Below are positions 1 to 6,098 of a stretch of DNA of 23,362 nucleotides, piece after piece (the first letter of the stretch is position 1; every line of letters begins with the position of its first letter). The notes under the pieces were generated by a model that did no database searches, had not been told where the DNA came from, and saw only the letters and a list, made by a program, of their open reading frames with translations. The DNA comes from Candidatus Micrarchaeaceae archaeon (GTDB lineage: Archaea; Micrarchaeota; Micrarchaeia; Micrarchaeales; CABMGC01): positions 1 through 23,362 of the forward strand of contig JAVZVY010000013.1 in the NCBI GenBank assembly GCA_038878295.1, written 5' to 3'. Made by a program: the position numbers and the translations under genes.

Positions 1-2
1 AA

Positions 3-77
3 TGCTCTGGCCGGGATTTGAACCCGGGTCCCAGCCTCGAGAGGGCTGTATCCTTAACCGGACTAGACGATCAGAGC
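3..77 (-). tRNA. tRNA-Glu (CTC)
   Basis: The reverse complement folds as a cloverleaf: GCTCTGA acceptor, CAGCC-CT CTC GA-GGCTG anticodon arm, CCGGG-TTCAAAT-CCCGG T arm, discriminator A. No encoded CCA. There is an A7:C66 mismatch. Confidence 0.96.
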
Positions 78-104
78 ATCAGCAGTAATAATTGCGTTGA
101 AGCT

Positions 105-118
105 AATAAAAACTTTCC
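105..118 (-). promoter_or_regulatory. BRE/TATA promoter of tRNA-Glu
   Basis: The minus strand reads GGAAAG-TTTTTATT about 28-35 nt upstream of the tRNA 5' end. Confidence 0.6.
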
Positions 119-133
119 TTCTTCACTACGCAG

Positions 134-664
134 TCAGGTGTACTTCACAGTTATCGTAGCGACCTGCTGGGTTATGCTTCCGTAGCCAGGCACTGTGTAG
201 TTTATCCAGACATAGCCAAGAAATACATTGCCGTAGCTGCCCTTTGCCAGGCCTCCGGAGCTGTAGCAATAAGCTTTTAGCGTGTAGCTCGTGCCGCTGT
301 ACATCTGCAGGGTTCCGAGCGCAACAGGATAGGAATTTGCGGGATAAAACGCGGAATTCGAAGTTACATAGACGTTACCGTATGCAGGCAGCATGCCCGT
401 CTGGTTGATTCCGCTTGAGCAGGCTACGCCGTTTATAACTATTGGCGCGCCGCTCGCCTGAGCAAGCTGTATTGAGAGCACTGCGCTCCTGTTTAAAGAG
501 AAAAGGCCACAAGAAAAGCCTGGTGCGGGCGTGCAAGAAACAGGAGTGAGACTTGCGTTAAGAACGCCGACCTTGTAGATTACGCCAACAGCTATTGTTA
601 TAATCAGTATTGCTATCCCGTAGCTCATCATGAAGTCGACAGCCGCCTGAAGCCTTTTGCCCAT
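134..664 (-). CDS. Type IV pilin-like protein with class III signal-peptide-like N-terminus
   Basis: MGKRLQAAVDFMMSYGIAILIITIAVGVIY has a basic leader, a Q+1 motif and a hydrophobic helix, followed by a Cys-containing beta-rich domain with N-glycosylation sequons. ATG at 664 is preferred over TTG at 670. Confidence 0.75.
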   Translation of the reverse strand: MGKRLQAAVDFMMSYGIAILIITIAVGVIYKVGVLNASLTPVSCTPAPGFSCGLFSLNRSAVLSIQLAQASGAPIVINGVACSSGINQTGMLPAYGNVYVTSNSAFYPANSYPVALGTLQMYSGTSYTLKAYCYSSGGLAKGSYGNVFLGYVWINYTVPGYGSITQQVATITVKYT

Positions 665-670
665 CAACAA

Positions 671-1282
671 CTACGCCTTCACTTCTCCTTTAGCCTCGAA
701 GTCGGATATTTTGTACTTGAATTCGTCGTCTGATTTTATTAGGCCTTTTTCCTTCATGAATTCCCTTGCTATGAGGTAGTATATTATAGCCAAGGACTTC
801 CTGCCTTTGTTGTTGCAAGGCACTATCAAATCTACGTACTTTACCCAATTGTCAGTGTCGCAGAGCGCCACAACTGGTATATTTGTCTTGCTCGCTTCCC
901 TTATAGCTTGCCGCTCGTTTCTGGTGTCGTTAACGAATAGGACAGCCGGCTCCGAATAATCGTCCCTATACTGGTTGGTGAATATTCCAGGCAGAACCCT
1001 GCCTTCTATGAATCTCGCCTTTGTTATTTCGGCAAATTTAGACGCTGCCGCTATCGCGTACACTCTTGAAGCTGTGACAACAATATCGCTAGGATCGTAC
1101 TTTGCAAGCATCTTCGCTGCGAGCCTTATGCGCTCGTCTATTGTCTGCAGGTTTAGAAGGTATAAGCCATCTTCCCTGACTTTGTAGATGAACCTTTTCA
1201 TGCTTGGTGTCTTTATCTTAGTGCCTATATGCACTCCAGCCTCAAGGTACAGGTTTTGATCAACCAATAGTTCGTTTTCCAT
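671..1282 (-). CDS. rps2: 30S ribosomal protein uS2
   Basis: Motifs YLEAGVHIGTK, GRVLPGIFTN, IPVVALCDTDN and IVPCNNKGRKSL. SD-like GGCGA lies 4 nt before the ATG. Confidence 0.98.
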   Translation of the reverse strand: MENELLVDQNLYLEAGVHIGTKIKTPSMKRFIYKVREDGLYLLNLQTIDERIRLAAKMLAKYDPSDIVVTASRVYAIAAASKFAEITKARFIEGRVLPGIFTNQYRDDYSEPAVLFVNDTRNERQAIREASKTNIPVVALCDTDNWVKYVDLIVPCNNKGRKSLAIIYYLIAREFMKEKGLIKSDDEFKYKISDFEAKGEVKA

Positions 1283-1295
1283 ACATTCGCCAAAG

Positions 1296-1382
1296 CGGGG
1301 TCGCCGAGATTTGAATTCCCGAAATGTTCTCGGGTCATGTGCCCCCTAAGCACAGAGCCTGACCAGGCTAGCAGACGACCCC
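1296..1382 (-). tRNA. tRNA-Pro (AGG) with 13-nt intron (1316..1328) at position 53/54
   Basis: Acceptor GGGGTCG/CGACCCC, anticodon arm TGTGC-TT AGG GG-GCACA, T arm CCGAG[AACATTTCGGGAA]TTCAAAT-CTCGG. It lies downstream of rpoN, where archaea commonly have tRNA-Pro. Confidence 0.9.
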
Positions 1383-1525
1383 TTAATAGAGATTATCTCT
1401 AGCATGTTTTTATGCTTTGTGCATGAAAGCGCTTTTAGGGAGCGTTGCACAGGAATTCAAATCTGCGCATAAATATTTAAATTTGATTGAGTTGATTTGC
1501 CAAACAGCCATGCAAATTTGCAATG

Positions 1526-1726
1526 CTATATGCGCCCGTGAGCTATTATCTCGTCTATCAAATCGACGTGGCCCACAAGCATGCGTCTGCAGCAGTATCT
1601 CTTAACGCCAAGTTCTTCGAATACCTTCTCTGCATTCTCGTGGCCTTTGTTCACTCTTCTGTCGTATTCTTCCCACTTGTCGGCTATTACCTGACCGCAT
1701 GAGAAGCATCTTACCGGTATCATCAT
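1526..1726 (-). CDS. rpoN: DNA-directed RNA polymerase subunit N (Rpo10)
   Basis: Zinc motifs IPVRCFSCG and RYCCRRML. Confidence 0.98.
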   Translation of the reverse strand: MMIPVRCFSCGQVIADKWEEYDRRVNKGHENAEKVFEELGVKRYCCRRMLVGHVDLIDEIIAHGRI

Positions 1727-1739
1727 GTTATCACAAGCA

Positions 1740-2264
1740 TTATCTGTACGACGTTTGGAATCTGGCCCTTGCCTTAGGACCTAAGAACTTCTTGGGCTCA
1801 ACGCGTCTCGTATCGTCTATGAGCAGAGTCCTGTCGTGCTTCATGTAGGCCTTTGCCACTACGTCAGAATTAGCCGCTTCTGCTATCGCTTTTGCTATCG
1901 CGGTTCTGACCGCCTGGGCTTCGCCGCTCACGCCACCACCGCTAACATTTACGCTTATGTCGTAGTTGCTTGCTATCTGCTTTGTGAGCGCTGAAAAGTT
2001 TATAGGCTCTAGCATTAGCTCCCTTATCTCCTTTGGATTTATTACGTTGATATCTTTGCCGTTTATTCTTACGCTGCCCGAGCCTTTTATCAGCCTTGCC
2101 CTTGCGATAGCACTCTTTCTCTTGCCTTTTGTAAGGATTACTGCAGGCTTAGCCTTTCTCCTCTTCTGCGGAGCCTGCTTGAGCTTCTTTGAAGTAGCCG
2201 CAGCTGCAGGCTGCTGCTCTTGAAGCGTTGCCATTTGTCCTCCTGTGGTTTTTGTTTCTTCCAT
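1740..2264 (-). CDS. rps9: 30S ribosomal protein uS9 with N-terminal extension
   Basis: Motifs [28 protein letters not shown] and [22 protein letters not shown]. Start placed at ATG 2264. Confidence 0.96.
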   Translation of the reverse strand: MEETKTTGGQMATLQEQQPAAAATSKKLKQAPQKRRKAKPAVILTKGKRKSAIARARLIKGSGSVRINGKDINVINPKEIRELMLEPINFSALTKQIASNYDISVNVSGGGVSGEAQAVRTAIAKAIAEAANSDVVAKAYMKHDRTLLIDDTRRVEPKKFLGPKARARFQTSYR

Positions 2265-2278
2265 TTTATCCAGCCGAT

Positions 2279-2710
2279 TCAACGATTATAACCAAGCAGC
2301 TTCATGAGGTTTCCAACTGTAATCGTATTGGCATACATCTCATTTGGGTTCTTGCTTTCTATCTGCACTGGCTTTGCGTTCTCATAAGCGCCCGGAATGC
2401 CAGTATAAACTCTGAGAAGCTTGTATGCGTTCCTTCCCTTGGCCTTTTTGTAAGGGAGCATGCCCCTTATGACGCGTTTGACGAAAAGGTCTGGCCTTCT
2501 TGACCAATATGGCGAATGCTCTGGATTGGCCTTGTCCTTGAGCTCTATCCTCTGCTTGTATTTTTTGACAAGGTCGTTTTTGTCGCCGCTTATGAGTATG
2601 TTCTCGGCGTTGATCAGTGCAACCTTCTTGCCATTGAGAAGCATCTTGGCTACGCTGGTCGCGAGCCTGCCGAGTATCTTGCCTTTGCCGTCAATAACTA
2701 TCTCTTCCAT
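2279..2710 (-). CDS. rpl13: 50S ribosomal protein uL13
   Basis: Motifs IDGKGKILGRLATSVAK and RPDLFVKRVIRGMLPYK. Confidence 0.98.
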   Translation of the reverse strand: MEEIVIDGKGKILGRLATSVAKMLLNGKKVALINAENILISGDKNDLVKKYKQRIELKDKANPEHSPYWSRRPDLFVKRVIRGMLPYKKAKGRNAYKLLRVYTGIPGAYENAKPVQIESKNPNEMYANTITVGNLMKLLGYNR

Positions 2711-2714
2711 AAAT

Positions 2715-3071
2715 CTACCTTATTATTCTGAAGTTAGGCTTTTTAAGCATTTCATCTATGCTTACAATCTTGCAGTCGGCCTTTTGAAGCTTGCTTATCG
2801 ATGAAGCGGAGTATTCTACGGCGCAGATTTCTACGCTTTTGCTCATGCTGCCAACGCCCAGCACTTTGCCAGGCACGACTATGCTCTCGCCATCTTTAGC
2901 TATGCTGTTTATCTTCTTAAGGTTTACAGCTATCCTCCTTCTTTTTGGCGCAGATGCTAGCTTCTCTATCTGCAGCCATGCTTTTTCGCTTTTAAGGGAC
3001 TTTGCGGCCCTCGCGCCCTCTATCGCTGCAATCCATTTCCTGATGCTTGACTTTTCTATCAGCCTTTGCAT
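2715..3071 (-). CDS. rpl18e: 50S ribosomal protein eL18
   Basis: Motifs W..I...A..PKRRRIAVNLKKI and IVVPGKVLGVG. ATG at 3071 has SD GGTGG. The longer track ORF runs into tRNA-Leu. Confidence 0.95.
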   Translation of the reverse strand: MQRLIEKSSIRKWIAAIEGARAAKSLKSEKAWLQIEKLASAPKRRRIAVNLKKINSIAKDGESIVVPGKVLGVGSMSKSVEICAVEYSASSISKLQKADCKIVSIDEMLKKPNFRIIR

Positions 3072-3081
3072 ATAACCACCA

Positions 3082-3168
3082 TGCGGGGGGTGAGATTTGA
3101 ACTCACGCAAGCTCTAAAGCTACAGGAGCCTCAGTCCTGCGCATTTGGCCATGCTCTGCCACCCCCGC
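3082..3168 (-). tRNA. tRNA-Leu (GAG)
   Basis: GCGGGGG acceptor, CAGGA-CT GAG GC-TCCTG anticodon arm, long variable arm (AGCTTTAGAGCT), GTGAG-TTCAAAT-CTCAC T arm, discriminator A. Confidence 0.97.
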
Positions 3169-3738
3169 TCATTTCTTGAGATGCTTGCCTATTGTCTTCA
3201 AGCCCTCATTTATATTTTCCAGCGCTCTATTTAAAATCTCCTTCGCCTCCATCTGGCCAAAGGTTTCTATGTAGAACTCGAACTGGTCGTCAGCAAGCTG
3301 CTTGTATGAGACCAGCCCGGGCTGGAACTTTGCACTTTTTGAAGCGGAGCCTAGCACGGCTTTGCCTTCTAGCCTGATTCGCTGGCCCTCTGCAAGCTTT
3401 ATTATTGGTATCTTCTCGTTTGCAACCTTTACGTATCTGTCTGTGCTCTCAAGGTCCTTTGAATAGACAGTGGCCGGGCCCTCGGCCTCAAGCTTGAAGA
3501 GCACTGCATCATCATCTTTGCTTCCCTTAGGGGTCAAGATTGGCACGAGTCCTATTCTGTGGGCTATGTACTCGTCGAACATGGCGCTGCTGTTCTCGTA
3601 AAAAGTGACAGTGTCTATGGCAAAGCACTTGACGCTGTTTATGGCAACGCGCCTGAGCGCGTTCGCGAAAGTGTAATCAACGCCGTCGAGCCTGAACTTA
3701 ATCGAATTAGGCGTTTCCTCTAAAATTGTCGTTTTCAT
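3169..3738 (-). CDS. rpoD: DNA-directed RNA polymerase subunit D (Rpo3), short form
   Basis: Motifs FANALRR, ENSSAMFDEYIAHRIGLVPI, GPATVYSKDL, IPIIKLAEGQ and AKFQPG. Start at ATG 3738 gives 189 aa. Confidence 0.96.
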   Translation of the reverse strand: MKTTILEETPNSIKFRLDGVDYTFANALRRVAINSVKCFAIDTVTFYENSSAMFDEYIAHRIGLVPILTPKGSKDDDAVLFKLEAEGPATVYSKDLESTDRYVKVANEKIPIIKLAEGQRIRLEGKAVLGSASKSAKFQPGLVSYKQLADDQFEFYIETFGQMEAKEILNRALENINEGLKTIGKHLKK

Positions 3739-3899
3739 GCAACCAGCTAAAATCCGCAAGATATATTGTATAAGCAAAACTATAAAAATCTGTTTTGTCT
3801 GGCTGCACTCGGCAAACGCTGCGCCAGACATTTGCTTGGCCGATAATCAAGCTGTGTGCCGCGCCAATGTATTTAAATCAAAGCATCCATAATTGATTT

Positions 3900-4487
3900 A
3901 TGGACATTTGGCATGTTTTGGAAGAGCGCGCGCTCAAGGATGATTTTGGCAGGAGCAGGCTAATTCTGAGAATCGCAAAATTCGACAAGGACCATTCCTC
4001 TATTGCCGAGATTGCTGATGAAGCTAAAGAGGCCAACATTGGCGACGCGTTTCTTGCAAAGTTAGACGCGGGCACCTTGAGGTACATAATTGCCAAGAGC
4101 ATAGCTGACGATTTGCTCGTATCGGTTTACAACGTAAACGGCTTCGAAGCAGCGGTAGAGCGTGTATCCGGCGCAGACAAGTTCGACTTTGTCAAGCTTA
4201 GGAAACTTGTTTCACGGATGAAGCGCAGAAATCTTGAAATAAGAATTTTTGGTCTTCTAAACGGTAGCAAACTCAGCATTGATTTTATAAGCAAGCTGAA
4301 AAACGCAGTTGGCGGCGCTCTTGTCGAAGTGGATGTATTCGGCGACGAATACAGGCACATTGCGCTAGACTTAAGAACTGGCCAGAGCTACGAACTTCTC
4401 CTCGAGAACAGGATATACAGGCCCGGCGAGCTCAAGGTAAAGCAGCAAACAGGCACTGAAGCCCAAACAGCTGCAGCGCAGCATTAG
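3900..4487 (+). CDS. Hypothetical protein, probable CheD-like fold lacking catalytic Cys/His
   Basis: 195-aa ORF with TATA-like ATTTAAAT about 25 nt upstream. RRNLEIRIFG and EVDVFGDEYRHIALDLRTG resemble CheD C-terminal motifs. Confidence 0.55.
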   Translation: MDIWHVLEERALKDDFGRSRLILRIAKFDKDHSSIAEIADEAKEANIGDAFLAKLDAGTLRYIIAKSIADDLLVSVYNVNGFEAAVERVSGADKFDFVKLRKLVSRMKRRNLEIRIFGLLNGSKLSIDFISKLKNAVGGALVEVDVFGDEYRHIALDLRTGQSYELLLENRIYRPGELKVKQQTGTEAQTAAAQH

Positions 4488-4489
4488 CG

Positions 4490-5032
4490 TCATTCGAGTC
4501 GCTTTGCATATATGTTCGAATATATTGGTCCAGATTGAGTGAGCACGCTCTTCTTTAGGCTTATGGAATTTACGGTGAAGCTGCCGAAGTCGTATTGCCC
4601 GTTGGCCCTTATGAAATCGAGCAATGCTTCCCTGTTTTGGAGCCTCTTCACGCGCATTATAGTAACGTGAGGCACGTATTCTTTTTTGTCGAAGGTGACG
4701 CCGGCATCTGAGAGCGCGTTAGAAATGTCTGAGTAGAGCTTTCCGATCATGTTGCCATCGCTTACGACATTTACGAAAATAATCCTTATGAACTTGGGCT
4801 CGAAGAAGCCCAAGCCGCGGAGCGACAAATCGAAGGGCGCGGCGCTTATGGATGCAAGCGCGCTCTTGGCCGCTTCTATGCCTTTTTCGTCTTGCTCGCC
4901 AAGGAACTGCAGCGTTATGTGGAGCGCTTCTTTGCTCGTGTGCGCTATTCCGGAATCGCTTACAGCTGAAGCCACTGTCAGTATTTTGCCTTTTATTTGC
5001 TCGGGTATGTCTATAGCTATGAAGCTTCTCAT
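4490..5032 (-). CDS. thpR: RNA 2',3'-cyclic phosphodiesterase / 2'-5' RNA ligase (2H phosphoesterase)
   Basis: MRSFIAID start, two HxT motifs (LHITLQFLGE, PHVTIMR) and LKKSVLTQSGPIY. Confidence 0.95.
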   Translation of the reverse strand: MRSFIAIDIPEQIKGKILTVASAVSDSGIAHTSKEALHITLQFLGEQDEKGIEAAKSALASISAAPFDLSLRGLGFFEPKFIRIIFVNVVSDGNMIGKLYSDISNALSDAGVTFDKKEYVPHVTIMRVKRLQNREALLDFIRANGQYDFGSFTVNSISLKKSVLTQSGPIYSNIYAKRLE

Positions 5033-5111
5033 CGCACCAAATCTGAATTGAGCAATAAGTTATTTATTTTGATGCTGCAAAGTTCTCTTGGATAAAAATT
5101 TTGGCGGTACG

Positions 5112-5438
5112 ATGATCAGCATAGACGACTTTAAAAAGGTTGAATTGCGCGCGGGCACAATAAAAAACGTTGAAGACCATGAGGCGGCAAGGAAGCCAAT
5201 GTATAAGCTCACAGTGAGCTTCGGCGAACTCGGTGATAAAACAATAATAGCCGGCATAAAGGGCGTCTACTCCAAAGACGAGCTCATGGGCAAGCAGATA
5301 ATATGTGTCTTCAACCTTGCCCCAAAGAATGTTGCTGGCGTTGCTTCAGAGGGCATGATTCTTGCTGCAGAAGACAGCAATGTGCTTTCGCTGATTGTAC
5401 CAGAAAAGCGCGTAGCTGATGGAAGCCAGGTATACTAG
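5112..5438 (+). CDS. Stand-alone tRNA-binding OB-fold protein (Trbp111/CsaA/MetRS C-terminal-like)
   Basis: Motifs ISIDDFKKVELRAGTI, IIAGIK and NLAPKNVAGVASEGMILAA. Start at ATG 5112. Confidence 0.9.
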   Translation: MISIDDFKKVELRAGTIKNVEDHEAARKPMYKLTVSFGELGDKTIIAGIKGVYSKDELMGKQIICVFNLAPKNVAGVASEGMILAAEDSNVLSLIVPEKRVADGSQVY

Positions 5439-5445
5439 TGGTGCG

Positions 5446-6006
5446 ATGATAATAGGGCTAACCGGCATGCCAGGCTCTGGCAAGTCTGAGGTTGCGAAAA
5501 TTCTTGAGAAGCGGGGCTTCAAGGCGCTTGAGATGGGCAATGTCATAAGGGAGGAGATGAAAAAAAGAGGCATACCCATGACAAACAAAAACATGCGCAC
5601 TTTCGCTATAGAATTTACCCAAAACAGGCGCACTATAGTGGCGCAGTACATGCTCAGAGACATAAAAATGATGAAAGGCAGGGATTTTGTGATAAGCGGC
5701 GTTAAGCGCATGGAGGAAGTCGCATACCTTAAGAAGCACATACCGAAGAAGGCGGGCTTTGTGGTTGTGGCTGTAACTGCGCCAGAGATGGTTAGATATG
5801 CAAGGATGAAAGCGAGAAGCAGGCCCGACGATCCGCTTAAGCTCGCAGATTTCCGCTTCAGGGACAGGAAAGAATTGTCTATGGGGCTCGGCTCAGTGAT
5901 AAGAAATGCAGATTACGTCCTGCTTAATACTGGTACTATTGCCGAGCTTAGAAAGAATGTCGATAGGCTTCTTGCCGCGCTTAGGCAGAATGATAGCCAT
6001 TTCTAG
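5446..6006 (+). CDS. P-loop nucleotide kinase, dephospho-CoA kinase-like (UPF0200/COG0237 type)
   Basis: Walker A IIGLTGMPGSGKS, plus RPDDP...F..RD.KEL.MGLG.VI..ADYVL.N.GT. Confidence 0.85.
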   Translation: MIIGLTGMPGSGKSEVAKILEKRGFKALEMGNVIREEMKKRGIPMTNKNMRTFAIEFTQNRRTIVAQYMLRDIKMMKGRDFVISGVKRMEEVAYLKKHIPKKAGFVVVAVTAPEMVRYARMKARSRPDDPLKLADFRFRDRKELSMGLGSVIRNADYVLLNTGTIAELRKNVDRLLAALRQNDSHF

Positions 6007-6098
6007 GTGTGCAACATCTATATGCGGCGTTGGGAATTTCGCAAGCTCTGTGCTGGGGATAAGCTTAATAATTTTTAAGTAATGCTATATTTGGTGTT

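Noticed and set aside
1343..1349. Reading the tRNA at 1296..1382 as Leu (TAG) or Pro (GGG) by shifting the loop register
   Set aside because: The 5-bp stem fixes a 7-nt loop with U33 before AGG, there is no long variable arm, and the acceptor and D-loop sequences are Pro-like.
1511..1522. 12-bp palindrome TGCAAATTTGCA just after the rpoN stop
   Set aside because: Short and AT-centred with no U-tract, so no function can be assigned.
1417..1605. 62-aa plus-strand ORF in the rpoN-tRNA-Pro spacer
   Set aside because: It overlaps rpoN antisense, has a weak start, and has no motif or RBS.
3072..3110. N-terminal extension of rpl18e in the ORF track
   Set aside because: It runs through tRNA-Leu, and the SD supports ATG 3071. 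Similar over-extensions were rejected for rpoD (3831), the zinc-ribbon gene (9007), rpl30 (13074) and GT2 (16151).
3900..4487. Idea that the CheD/YfiH-fold protein is the A34 deaminase for tRNA-Pro(AGG)
   Set aside because: It has no Cys, lacks the catalytic His, and has no HxE/PCxxC deaminase motif; proximity alone is not evidence.
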